A DNA stretch of 64,000 nt from Parasitella parasitica NRRL 2501 (lineage: Eukaryota > Fungi > Mucoromycota). The translations under genes were made by a program, and so were the position numbers. Numbering within the stretch: the first letter of the stretch is position 1; each line of letters starts with the position of its first letter. The notes beneath the pieces are model-generated. The model saw only the letters and a program-made list of their open reading frames with translations. It was not told the DNA's origin and did not search any database. Of the stretch, positions 42,867 through 56,509 are shown in pieces. The stretch lies in NCBI GenBank assembly GCA_025201805.1, contig MU619334.1:60888-124887 (forward strand), read 5' to 3'.

Positions 42867-43865
42867 GCAAGCACAGACTATGACAAATGATCATCATCTA
42901 AGCTCCTAAAGCAGTTTTAAACATCTCTGTTAAAAATATCTTTGGAAAGGTCAAACTCAAAAAAGCTGAAAGAGCCAACAACTTTGCCTATTTACACAAG
43001 ACCATTTCAGGTTATAAATAAGCAGGCCATTATGATACTTTGTCTTCAGCCATAAATAAAATCTGTTTGTGTTCTGATTCTCTTCTTGCAGATGTGCACA
43101 TTTGCGATGGATAATAATATGAGTATTTTCGTATGTTTTTTGGCAGTGTTAGGATGAATTTTCTTAAATTTGAAAGCAATGAAGAAATACTTAAGATAAA
43201 TGTTGGCAACAGACATAAAAAGCAACTAGCTAGGCTCAAGAATACAAAAATTATTCTGATAGCTATACTCTTTTGGATGACCTGTAATCCCAATCCGAAG
43301 GAGACAAACTTTTGAGAAATAATAAAGCTAAAGTTGTATATAAAATATGAATGGGAAGGTCTTGACGTGATGCATCGTGTGATCGACGCTACAAACTGAT
43401 ATACAATTGCTTTCATAAAAAAAAATTGAGAGAACTTGATAGAGCAAATTTGAAAACTGTTAGTACAAAAAATCTCAGTAAGCCATAAAGTTCGAAAAAA
43501 TTACCATCCTTATCCAATACATCTGTTACTTGTTCAAATCTGTATAATCAAGTGAATGTCTAATTTCAATCAAGGAGTAAAACATGATTTCAATAGATAA
43601 CTTGCAAATACACTCAGAATAGCTACTAGCAACTGCAATGATAATTATCTTGGTGTTTAGGTTGGTGATTTAATCCAAAGAACAATCTAGACTTTTAACT
43701 TTTATGCTTTAATATTGAACGGCGAAATAAAGTGTAAATCTTAGCCTCTCACGATGCTTAATCCAAGACAATAGTTTATGATATAAATCTTGGCAATTAT
43801 CACAAAGCATATTACTAATAGGCTACAATTCAAATAAATTTCTTCCTTTTTTCGACAGCCAAGAT

Positions 43866-44690
43866 ATGAAATGGGTGCTTGTACAGAGCATGTTATTATG
43901 TTTAACCTCACAACTAATCAGTACGCAAGCTATACCTTTGAAAGGTAGCGTCAGAAACAAAACAGCACGATTACCTTTCTAGAAAATTAGGTTTTCCAAC
44001 AACAACAATTCACTCCTGCATAAAAAATCTTATTAAGGCTTAACCTCAATTTACAATGACAACCAAGTCCAATATCTGGTCAACATGGAAGAAGGTTCTT
44101 CTTCTCAAACGTTTGCTGTTGTAGTAGATACTGGAGGTTAACTATATAGGCCGAAAAAACAACACAAAAAAAAAGATAATCAGTACACTTTTGGAAAGTT
44201 CAAAGTTCTGGGTGCCTTCCGTGGACTGTCCCGCATCACAATGCCCTCTACCAGTTAAATGCGTCAGGATCGTCATCATTTACAGATTTTTATACCGAAT
44301 TTAGTATTATCTACATAGATGGTTACGCAAGAGATAGGCTGGTGGCAGATCGTATCAGATTAGCTGGCATAAAAGTAGAAAATCAAGCCTTAGGTTTGGT
44401 TACATCAACGGAAGAAACTGTTACAGTAAAGGAAAATTATTACGCTTATACAGATGAGAACGATTTTGACGTGATCTTTTCGTTCTCTCAGTCTGATGGT
44501 GATAAAACCACCCACATAGCTATCCCTATCAATTGATAGAGCCAGTAGATGATATGGATTTTCGATCGCCAGAAGATGTGTTTTTTCGCCGTGCCCATCA
44601 TCATCGTTGATTATGCTGCTGAGAGATTCGATTATTCGAACTCTTTAATTACTATTTGATATGGAGAACAAGCGAATGGGATTTAAGCCA
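43866..44690 (+). pseudogene. A1 aspartic protease pseudogene
   Basis: MKWVLVQSML signal, in-frame TAG and TAA, QYLVNMEEGSSSQTFAVVVDTG, KFWVPSVDCPASQCP, NQALGLV and terminal LFDMENKRMGF. The second lobe is largely deleted. Confidence 0.85.
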
Positions 44691-46779
44691 TCCTTGCATA
44701 TGCAGAGCACAGTCTACCAGCAATGAATCCCTTATATTATCTATAAAATAACTGTGTTTCCACGCCCAATTTACGGCTAATATGACCAAATGTTTAAACC
44801 TAATTTGCTCAGCAGTTTAAACAAATTTGACTTGCAAAGGTTTTTTATTCAAATATCTAAAGAATATATTAATCAAGTATTGGACTGCATGTTTTCAATA
44901 GCTATCTTCAGTTTCACTTGTGGAAATTGTTCCTGCGTCTGTCAATTTACCACTTTTGACTCGGTCAATGATTGGCGATTTAAAGGCATAGCGACCCCTA
45001 AGAGTGCAAATTAGGTTACTTTATCCACTCTTGACGGTCAAACCCGAAGATGGCGTTCAGAAACTATATCTGACGATAACCCAACCTTTCCAACAGCAAT
45101 TAAGTTCCATCTACACTTTACGTCCATTGGCACAATTGCCAGTGATGTAGTCGCAATAAGGAAGAAGCATGGTTGAAGTCTATAACATATGGTACCAGCT
45201 AACATCGGGATTCGCAAACTTATGAAACTGATTGTTCCGTTGGATAAGTTTGGGATTAGTATTAAAAGCGTATGTAATGGCCCAGCAGTCTTATAACATG
45301 TGAGAATACTTTAATCTAGATGCTATGCTACAAATACACAAACGTACTCGATTAGGTGCTCATAATATAGTTTTTCAAGAAGTATTCAATATGCACAAGA
45401 CCCTTGCAAAAAATAATAATAATGTCAAATTACAAGCTCTTTAATTCGTTAGTCAAACAGTAGCTGAGGTATTTAGTAATAGCATTAAGGTAAAAAATTA
45501 TACATACAGTGATGTACAGTTGATCTTTTTTAAACTATTGCGCAGTTTCTTTGTATTTAAGTGTTTTCTTCTTTAAATCTCACCAAGAAACTATAGAATA
45601 TGTAAAAGCAAGGTCAAGGTGCCGGCTTGAACACTTGCCAAAGAAGAGAGAAGAGAAAATAATGAATCATGACCTTGACGTACCATTTTAGAACTATTAC
45701 ACCTTGGTAAATTGATGAAATTTTTGTCTTTTATTCACCTTGGTCGTCCGTCTTTATGCAATATGCCTCGTTTATCTTTAACTGAATATTTAGGCAAAAT
45801 ATGAAATCTTTTCAGTTCGATGCGAGGTCATTGAGAACGTACTCGCAATGAAGCTCAAATGTGCTTTCAAGAACTTGCAAAGTGAAAAAATTCTAACAAA
45901 AGAACCATAAATTCAATCAACTGTGATAATAGTTCCTAAAAACTATCGAATGCAAGGATTACTGGTGCTCTTATTTATCAGCAATAAGAAACCGATGAAA
46001 ACTTGCAAGTAGATTCCAGATCACCTTGATTTACTAATTTTAAGTTATTAAATAGAGTAACAGTGCATATTTAACAGTTTCTTTCGGAAAGCATGCTCCA
46101 ATAATATCTACAATTGTTTGCGAGACAAGGAACAATTCCAATACGACTAAAACCCTGGCTGACGCAACTTCGAGATCTCAAAGTAAATATTGTATGATTG
46201 ATAGAAAAGCTACATACCATCTCATCTTTTTCTTTTTCGTTTACGTTTACGTTTGGCAAGATGGAAAACACTGGTACATCAAAGAACTGTTGGATCAAAA
46301 GAATTATTGATTTCAAAATATTAGTGTTAACAATATAATCAACACGAAAGATGTATATATGCATTTTTCTATGAGACGAAAATGCATATTACGTATATGA
46401 ATTTTCGGCCTTATTTGCTTGAATTTGGTCCTACTAAGATGGCTAGAAAAGTCTTTAGAGACCCAGCCAGAAGTGGTATTGACAGATGCAGAACTACTTT
46501 CCGCAATGGGAACTGAAGACGGTGAGGGTTTTCCAATTGAATACATGTAAGGTTCATCCAAGCTCTTGGTGGATATATTCTCTAAATATATGAATAAAGA
46601 ACCTTAATATTTGATCAAATTGTTTTGCCAAATATGTAATCATTCATTACAACTAGTGCCATTAAAAGCAAGTTTCATTGTTTGTTCCTCATATCCAGTA
46701 AGTGTCATGATAAAAGCGGCTATTCTCCCTGTCGCACGGTGCACACTTCTTATTTCTTGTCCCATTTGTTGTACAAATT

Positions 46780-46781
<2 letters not shown>

Positions 46782-46865
<84 letters not shown>
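46782..46865. repeat. 84-nt poly(T) homopolymer
   Basis: Direct count. Confidence 0.95.
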
Positions 46866-46866
<1 letters not shown>

Positions 46867-47192
46867 TTTTTTTGTTCAAGTGTATAGTGTATAATTTCTT
46901 GTTTTTTTTATATATTAGCTGTCTACAGTTGCTTTATAATATTAAAATCTCTTGGCTATTCTTTTTTGTCCAGTGTGTAACAGAACCCATGTCTCGAACA
47001 ATTCCTTTGACATACAGTATGATAAATTACTCATCACTTAACCTTAACGAGATTCACAGACCTCGTTTCATTGGATAAGATGGTCTCAAGTCAATTTAGC
47101 TGAATGACATTCATAGATCGAAGAACATATAAAGGGCCCATTGCTTCTCTACTTTTTTCCTTTCCCTTCTCTCTTTATTGTATACCCAAAAG

Positions 47193-48486
47193 ATGGTGCA
47201 CGCAACCTACGTTTTTGCTCTCGTTTCTAGCACACTCATTCTAATGAATGATGCCAAACCCATTGTAAACAACCCTATAAAACTGCCTCTAATCAGAAGG
47301 TCAACACCGCATCATAGAAAGAGGTTAGCTACCAGCAGCAAATATATTTTATACAATCAAGATCAGATCGAGTATTTAACAAAAGTCAACATTGGAACAC
47401 CTCCGCAAGAATTCCTGGTTACTGTAGACACTGGCAGGTAATATTGATGGAAGAATCAGGCGAACTTTAGTCTATAGGTATTCTAATATGATATTTGTAT
47501 TTAGCGCCGATCTTTGGGTGCCATCTAATTTATGCCCTCATGATGAATGTCCGTACGTCAATTTCCAAAAAAATAAATCATCAACCTATGAATCGATGGA
47601 TTTATCGTTTTCAATTCAGTATGGAGCTGGCTCTATTGAAGGAAGCTATGCCAAGGAAACCGTCAATCTAGTAGGCGGGGATAATCATGAAATAAAAGGC
47701 CAACCTATAGGTCTGGTCGACTCTGCCAAAGACGATATTATATCTTTATCTACAAAAGCCAACGGTATTCTGGGTTTGGCATTCCCGGCACTGACCGCAA
47801 ATAGTGACACAGATCAAGCCTATGAGCCATTTATGTTCAAATTGGCCCGCGAAAGGCTTATTCCAGAACCTGTCTTTGCTATTTCCCTTGATCAAGAGCA
47901 AATGATGATTGGTGGCATTGACAATGAACAGTATACTGGTGATATTCAATATGTTCCTGTAGTCAAGAATATAAACCCCAAGACAAACCAACTAGACTAC
48001 ACATTTTGGTCAGTTGATTTAGAAAATGTCGCCGTGAATAATAGAAATAGTGGCATTGTAACAAAAGCAAAAAAGAAACCTGTGATCTTGGACACTGGCA
48101 CCACACTTAGCTATGTCAACAAGCAATTAGCGGATGAAATTGTGAAGGCGGTCACCAACAAGACCCCAGTGTCGGTAGATTTGAGCTCGAATCTTTACAA
48201 AGTGGATTGCAGCCTCAAAGATAGCGCTGTAAAAGTAGAATTGGCATTTTCTGCAGCATCAGATCGAACAGTACGACTCGAATTAGATCTTCAGGAACTG
48301 GTCTTACCTTTAATTGGCACAGATGATTCGGAATGTGCATTTGGCATTACCTATCATTTCGATGAAGCCGACACATTTGTATTTGGTGGTTCTATTTTAA
48401 GATCTGCTTATTTTGTGTATGATATGGGACAAAAGCGAGTAGGATTGGCAACTGCCATTAACTCGAAAAGTCAAATAAAGATATAG
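47193..48486 (+). CDS. Secreted A1 aspartic protease (2 exons, no GPI tail)
   Basis: Signal peptide, VTVDTGSADLWVP, NGILGLAFP, ILDTGTT and FGGSILRSAYFVYDMGQKRVGLA. Confidence 0.93.
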
Positions 48487-49121
48487 CTACTGCATGTATG
48501 GCCTGTGCTTTGGCGTTGCTTCTTGAGCATTTATTGGTCTGAAATACCCCAACCTCTTGTCACTCATCAGGTGCCTTTGTCTGAAAGGGGTCTTTGTGGG
48601 GTTGGGGAACGACATATTGTGTTGAATGACTGAAATATGTATTTTTTATGTTGTCATAGTAATCAGAAACTGTCTGTTCCCCTGAATATAAGATTTTTAC
48701 TGCGAAAGGCTATTCGCTTAGTTCCGAAAAAGCATTCTTTTGACTACATCTAACAGATCAATGAATCAAATATCCTATAGCTCACAGTTATAGCTTATTT
48801 TGAGATAAAAAACTCAATCGACCGGCATAGTAAGCGAATGTTTAGACACTTTCTTCCTTCAGAAGCGTACGTCGCGAGTATCTGAAGGTACAACACACAA
48901 CACCCTCGCTTAAAAGGTACAGGTCAGGCGGTAAAAAAAAAAGACAAACCCCCTATTTATTTACCAAAGCATTTTTTTCTCTTTCTTTTCTCATTATACC
49001 ACTTTGTTTTCTTTTCTTTTATTTATTTGGTCCTCTGCTATTTGATTGATATACAGGAAGTCGACTCAGTTGAAAAATATACAGAACTTGAAGCAACAAA
49101 TCAACTCACAATTAAGCGAAA

Positions 49122-50616
49122 ATGAACACCTTTCGAGAAGCCACTAATACTACAGACTTAATTGATCGCATTTTGTCATCAAGTTCTCAGAAACTTCACC
49201 AGCCAAGAAATGCACCTGAAATTCCTCTTCTAAAAAATATTTTCATCAACAGGTAATTTGGTTTGAATTAAATCTATAGCAAGTAGTGCACTAAACATCT
49301 TATCTTTTCCTTTTGCTAGACTTTGCCAAACTGCTATGAGAATAAAACACTATATAACATCCAGACAAGGAACCCCACAACCTGAAGCTCCGCCATTGGC
49401 AGAAAATGAAGTTTATGCCGCAGATGCTCTAAACACGTTCAGCCAAGATCAGCAAGCAATTGTTTTCAATACACTAAGTCATAATCAAGGAGAAAATGTC
49501 TACAGCACGCCTAATTCTAACCATAACAATAATTGGTGGCTTGAAGATAATGACGACGAAGATTTCTACAGTGATGAAGATGATGAGGATGACGATTTGA
49601 GCACCTATTTGGACCTAGAAAACCTTCTTGCCAATGCAAACGATTATTCTCAATCTCCACTATTATCTTCAGTAGCTGGCGCCACAGTCATTGATTCTAA
49701 TGATGGCTCTAACCAATCCACTAATGCCACTGATGATAGGTATCCTCTTGCGCTTTTAGACACTCATTCCACAGACCACAATGCTAGCCATACTGGACCA
49801 CAAACGCCAATTACAGTTGAAGTTATCTCAAACGTGAACAAAAATCAAGACAGCAATCAAGAAGCATTCGGCAATATCAATGATAACATATATCTGAACT
49901 CCCCTTTGAATTCCCTTTCCGAACATCCTGAACATCAAGAATCACCTACTAAAAAACTTGATCCTTTATTCATTGATTACAGTGACGACAGTGGAGATGG
50001 AGAATTCTGCATTGCCCAGGATAATAAACAAACATATGTGTCTTGGAAACCCGTTTTTCCAGATCAAGAAAATAACGATGCATCAACCTCAGCAGCCAGT
50101 GTCTTGGTCGCTAATAACGACAATGGTAGCGAAGAGAATTGCGGCAGTGCCAACAATTTGGAATCGTTTTCTAGCAGCCTTTCCCCAGACTATGAGCCCC
50201 AAACACCACCCTCAGCTGCGACCTCATTAGCTGTATTGTCACAATGTAGTAGCAAATCAACTTCAAATGCGTTGACTGTAGTAGTAAAGGGCGAGCAGTG
50301 CTCCGCAGCCTCACTTGAAGACGGAACTACCGATAAAGATGACTCAAGCTTCAATATAGGTGCGCCTTTGAGCTCTAAATCTAGACAGATAAAGCGTTAC
50401 AATGGTATTCCCGTCGCTTCTCTTGACCCTGTTTCTCATCATTTTGTTGTTTACACTGCCAGTATTCAGGAACCCGCTGCTTCAACCAAGCATCCAGCTC
50501 TAATTAACAAAGAGAATTTCTTTGCTACAAAGTCAGTGCTCGGAAAAAGAAAACGAGGGTTTGAAATACAAGATGCTAACCCGAGAAAAGTCCTCAAAAT
50601 AATAAGAGACTTGTAA
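49122..50616 (+). CDS. Low-complexity acidic protein with short N-terminal helical motif and C-terminal NLS-like segment (2 exons)
   Basis: Exon 1 MNTFREATNTTDLIDRILSSSSQKLHQPRNAPEIPLLKNIFINR splices into the long 49336-50616 frame. GKRKR...RKVLK at the end. Confidence 0.7.
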
Positions 50617-51478
50617 AAATGCAAAAATGCAAAAAACTAAAAAGTATGCGTATTATGAAGTTATAAAATAATAATTAAAGTGAAAAAGAAAGGAATTGTG
50701 GAAATAATTCTACCATTATGAGGATATTTACTTTACAGGTTCATTTTTAAGTGAAAACTATAAGCTTTTCTACGTACATTTGCTAAGATAAGCCAAAATG
50801 ATACAGCTTTGATTTGTGCCTGTGCTTAGTTTTGCCATTGGTTCTAACCTCAAGGGTTGCTGTATATATTACTTGGCCGCCACCAGGGCTCTATACTTAA
50901 AACTGATTTATTTTATATTTGTCTGATTCACAAAAAGTTGATCTGTAGGTATTGATACTAACGGTATTCAAACAGCAAGAGTTAGTTTCTATGTAAATGA
51001 CCATTTCGATGCCAATTTCTAAAGTATCTTCCACCACAAACACACAGTATTCTTCTATCGACTAACAAAATTTGCTGAAGCCCCTCATTGAAAGGGCCTA
51101 TAATTCAATAACCAAAGCTATTTACGAAAAGCTAGGAACTGGGAGGCAGTCGATTATGTATGTTCAGTTGTCTGTGCTCGTTGGTTTGTTTGTTCTATTT
51201 AGCATATTGTACAGACAAAGATGACAGCTTCAATCCATGCACGTGGTCGCAACCTGATGTAAAGTTTAATTTTCATGCAAATACAGAGACTAGTATATGG
51301 ATATGATTGCATCAAGATATGCCTACATATACACCTTCTCTTTTTAGAATTTTGATATTCAGGATCATTAAAACAAATCATAAATATCACTCAGTTTTAC
51401 TCACTTTCTACTTGCTATTTTTTTTAAAAATGATAATGATAATAATAATAATAAGTATAGAGTACAATTTTATTTTAC

Positions 51479-52485
51479 TTATAATCTGGCAGAAGACACA
51501 AGAGCACCACCGTCAACCACAATGACAGCACCGACTGTATATTGGCCAGCACGAGAAGAAAGATATATACATGTACCTGCAACATCTTCAGGGGAGCCAA
51601 CTCTTCCAACAGGGACAGCACTAATGATGGCATCACCACGTTCTTTGAGAGTTGCTGCCATCATCTTGGAGGGGAAAGAACCAGGAGCAATAGCATTGAC
51701 AAGAATGTGTTCTCTACCCATTTTACCAGCTAAATGACGGGTCAAGTGATGAATAGCAGCCTTGGAGGCAGAGTAAGCGTACGTTTCTAAACCAGGAGGC
51801 TATTTTTCTTTGTAAGTAGACAGTTTCTAATCATCAATAACCCAAGTGACTTACTGCTTCACCATTGATGGAGCCAATATTGATGACACGAGAAGGAGTG
51901 CCCTCGGTAGCATTGTTTCTCAAGAGGGGAAGGCAGGCTTGGGTCAAGGTAAAGATGCGAGTGACATTGAGATTCATGACCTTTTGAAAAGCGGCATCAG
52001 GATATGAATCTAGAGGAGCACCCCAGGTAGCGCCAGCGTTATTGACAAGGACGTCCAAATCTATTTTACGTTAGCATGTACATAAATGCAAAGTTAATCG
52101 ATTCGATTTACGTACGAGTTTCACGCTTGCTTAATTCACCAACGAGCTTCTTGATATCTTCTACGTTTTGTAAATCGGCAGGCAAAGCAATACATTTTCC
52201 GGGGCCTAAAGTAGTCAGTTTGGTAGCAACCTATTCCATTATCTTTAGCATGTAGTCCACTCCTCTGTGTCAACGTTACTTACCTCATCACAAGCTTGAG
52301 CAGAGCGGCTGCTAATGTAGACTTTGGCACCCCCTTGAACAAAGCCCTATTATATATCAGTATTTACTGTAATTCCAAAGAGGCAGAGTAAAAATTACAG
52401 TGGCAATCATCTCACCAATACCACGAGAACCGCCTGTAACGAGGACCACCTTATCCTTGACACTGAAGAGATTTTGAACATCCAT
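51479..52485 (-). CDS. Short-chain dehydrogenase/reductase (RhlG-like; multi-exon)
   Basis: VVLVTGGSRGIG, DVLVNNAGATWG, INIGS, YAYSASKAAIHHLTR and NAIAPGSFPSKM. Confidence 0.93.
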
Positions 52486-52986
52486 TTTTAAAATTTATTT
52501 GGGAAAGAGAAAGGAAAGAAAACTGTGGGGAAAATTTATGGTTTATGCCAATCTGGCAGTGAAAAAAACGCTGACTAAGAAGAAATGAGCATAGGAAACT
52601 TGGTGTAAAAATAATGAATAATGCAATATACTTGTACGAGTTTCAATTTGACGATGGATGATATAGAGGTAGATCCAATTTAGGTTCGTTTTTAAACAAA
52701 AGTCTCAAGGTTGGTTGCAGTAGAGGCGTATATTGGGTGATTTTGCGAACAATTGTGCATTTTAGACATTTCTTTGGTGGAATTCCTGCTTCTTTAGGTT
52801 CTTCCACATCATGATATGGATCTGCTGTATCAAATAGCTTGGATACGCTGGCGTTTATACAATCTTTCAAGTAATAAATCGACATTTGATGGACATGATT
52901 ATACAAACCTACGCATAACACTCCCCTTTTTATAATTACCAAAGGGCTCTTTATTCATGGACAACAAAATTGCAGCGACCAAGCGC

Positions 52987-54528
52987 TCAAGAGTCAAAAG
53001 ACCATGATCTGATCAAGGGACCTCTTGACAAAGTCAAAATGGCAACAATTTTGTCTTCGTCAAATCCAATTGTATTAATTTTGGCGTCTGGTAGCTCTGA
53101 CATGTCAGATTGATCTGTATAGTTCTCTAATGTAGCCTGACATTCCCCTGACTGTGTTGATAAATCCCATATTTTCATAACAGATCTATCACCACTGACC
53201 AGTCTTCGTTTTGATGCATCTATAGCCAATGCATCCACCCGGAAAGTATGTCCATACAACGTTTGTTTGAATAGGATTTCCAGCGAACCCTTGACGTTTT
53301 CTACTACATAGTGTTTCATTGTGTTATTAGCATGCGCTGTAATGAGTTGGGGCGGTGAATAAGTCATTGCTGTAATCTTGTCTGAGTTACTCCTAGAGCA
53401 ACCACCACTTGAGGATGAAACTATCATAGGCTCTGCATTCAAAGCAAATCCATGCCTTGACGACACAATGGAATTTAAGGACAATATAATTTCCTGCTTG
53501 TAAATTAATACCTCGTGTTATATACAGTCGACGTATCAAACTTGCCTGTATACCAACTGATGTAGTGTAATTGCCGCCTGATAAACCAAAGCATAATACT
53601 ACCTTCCATGAATCTATCTTGCTCGTTGGGTATCTCTGAATATCGATAGAAACAGGAAACCAGTTCATAGGGCTTTTTAATTGATGTACCAATTTAAAGC
53701 AGCTTTTATCCATTTCTATTCGGAATATAACGAGTTCCCCGCTTTCCGTACACACTGCAATCATTGGGAGTTCCATGCCAATAGATACGACCTTGCCAAA
53801 TTGCACTGTAGGTATATAGTGTGCCACCTCAGTAAATTTTGTGGCCGATACTTGCCATAATGTAAACCCGCCATTTGAATAGCCAGCTATCAAATGTTTT
53901 TCATGGTCTTCAGCGCCAGTCAATTTCATAAATGTTATTTGGGTATTTTCAGATTGTTCTGTAGCTTGTAATTGATGGATTACATGTGGCGATGATGTCT
54001 CTTTTTCGTATTTCCAAACATTAATCTGTGGTATATTTTCATCTGCTGTGAATATAATATCATGTATGAACTGGAGGTGGTTTGGAGAAAGCGATATGGG
54101 ATTACTGACAACATCATTGATGAGACAGTTGCCTAGTGTCCAGTTGTGGTGTATACGATACTTTTTCTTCCAGCTTCCATTATACCGTGATGTAGAAGTT
54201 TGTCGCTTATTATACAACATATATTTCTTGTCTCCTCTGTAAGGTTGATCTGTAAACCTCCTGATAAACAACGGTTTCCATAACTGCCATTTGACTATTA
54301 AGTTTAATTTTATAGCAACATTATTTTTCTTTTTACCATTTCATCGTTCGATATACGAGACCAATGTGGACTAACTGCTGTGCATTGCACCAAGTCTTGC
54401 AAAGATAAGAAGCTAAATACTTTAAGCACCAGCTCTTTAGAAAACGATACAGTAACAAAGTCAATTCCTTGCCCTGTGGCTATACAACTATCCTGTTTCT
54501 TTAAACGTTTACTTGGAGGTGGTCCCAT
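52987..54528 (-). CDS. F-box + WD40-like protein (3 exons)
   Basis: FSKELVLKVFSFLSLQDLVQCTAVSPHWSRISND, WKKKYRIHHNW and LYGHTFRVDALAIDASKRRLVSGD..MKIWDL. Confidence 0.85.
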
Positions 54529-54635
54529 TGATAGATTGCTCGTGAATACAAAGAAGACCTGCATCAAAAACGGTCATGATACAGATGGCATTTTTTTTAG
54601 ACGGGAGACAAGCGCATATCAAATGTTCCCATGTT

Positions 54636-55515
54636 CTATTTATTGTATTTATTGTATTTATGATATAAAAACTCTACGGCAACGTTGGTGATGTCCTTTG
54701 AAACTGCATCGCCTGTGTCCAGCACTTGAATGGTTGGGTCTCTGGTTTCATCATGTAATAAATGGTCATTCCAAAGGATATATTGAGGCCAAACAATCCG
54801 ATCAAAATAGCCCGGAGGATCTACCCAGTAGCCCTGCAATGTAACGTATCCTTTTCGGCTTTCTCTTCTCATTTTCAAAATTTGTTTGGATGCCTTTACA
54901 AAGAATTTGTTGTCCAAATTATCACAAACATTCTGGTCACAGAACAAAAGAAATCCTTCGACAATGACGAAAATAATACTCTCTAGTGCATCCAATTTTG
55001 AACCAAGTTCATTGAAATCTTTGAGAGATAATGAGTCTGATCCGTGATGATTGTTCTGCAATGGCCTTTCACTTTTGGCTAGAAATGAATATGGATCCTC
55101 TCGTGCTTTATTTATAACCCTATTCAGACTTTCAAAGTCTACTGCACTTGGTGAATCCCAATTGATTAACCCAGTCTTTTCATCGACGGGAATTCGATCG
55201 TCTGGCTGTCCAATTTTCGCTATTACTCTTTCTGCTCTCAAAACCTTCTGCGTATATTAACCTTACCTTAAAAAATTCGTCTTGATTGATAACAATTACC
55301 TTACTCAGTAGCTTCTTTAGCAGTAGGGCCAATGTCTATTTCCAAGTAATTATTAGCTATCCTAAATAATCAATGGCCAATACTCACTGTTTTTCCCGAA
55401 CAAGAGGGCCCACTTTTATTATGTTTAATTTGTTTTAGTATTACAATATAAATAGACTATATCAATAAAAATCAACATACCTTATTCCAATTGTAACCAC
55501 AAGAGGCGTCGACAT
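54636..55515 (-). CDS. NRK1: Nicotinamide riboside kinase (4 exons)
   Basis: IGISGPSCSGKTT P-loop across introns, QDEFFK, NWDSPSAVDF, IVEGFLLF and RRESRKGYVTLQGYWVDPPGYFDRIVWP. Confidence 0.92.
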
Positions 55516-56509
55516 CTTGAGGTTATTTTTGGTTTTATTTTTTAACAGGCAAGAATGTGAAGAAAAGAAAAGAAAAGAAAAGAGAGAGCAAGAAGCTTTT
55601 AAAGAATTCATCTTTTTTATTTGAGGTGACACATTCACAAATGTTGTAGTTTATTTCTCTGTGGTAGCGTTATTAAATATTTGTTCAAGCTATCACTCTA
55701 ATGATTTCGATGAAGTACTGCGTAAGAACATGTAAAGTAAATCAACTTGAATACCATGTACTTCAACAGACTTGGCACAGCCCAAGAATAAACAACAGCA
55801 CATTGCTGGCCACCTTCGCACACCCATTGAGCTAAAAGAGCATTTCCTCTTAAAGTAGTTGTATACTTTACATTATTTGCCTATTTTAAGTATGAAATGC
55901 TTGGAAAGCCATTTAAATTGTTATATCAGATCCGATTAAGTCTTGATATGTTAAAAGGTGCCATAGAACAAAGGCAACTGATGATTTTTGCTATAAACTA
56001 TAAACTATATATTATCGTTATCGATGTTAAAGTTTGACATATAATAAAACTATACTATCAAATCTTTTTGACACTAAACATTATGACTTATACATTGTCT
56101 CAACCCCTAATTTATTAATCAAGGTTCACGCATATTTGTATCGATGCTTTCAATAATATCTGCAAAAAGTTATCAGCAAAAAACATATAGTTTCGTATGA
56201 AAATTGCATTAATGGCTTAAGCTTCGATAAAAAGCAAAATAAAGCCTGCTTAATGCGCCATTAAAACAAGCATGATAATCGCTATATAAACACAACATGA
56301 TTTTCACTTAGTGGGCGATATTTTTATGAATATAAGAAGATTACTCTATATCTTCTGTCCGATTACACTAAATAATAACTGCGAATCATGTTGTGCTTAA
56401 ACAGAAGTCAATCATGCTAGTATCTAAATCCATATTTGAAGAGGTTAGTATATTATTGAGAATCTACATAATATGAAATAATTAATACTCTTTATGTTCT
56501 TGTTTATTA

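Noticed and set aside
44850-46600. Possible minus-strand pseudogene fragments
   Set aside because: Coding-like patches are present, but I could not recognise a family or build a consistent frame.
46611-47078. Poly-Phe and poly-Lys ORFs
   Set aside because: Artefacts of the poly(T) tract.
52643-52942. Short ORF between the SDR and F-box/WD40 genes
   Set aside because: No recognisable motif. It may be UTR or promoter sequence and cannot be supported without expression data.
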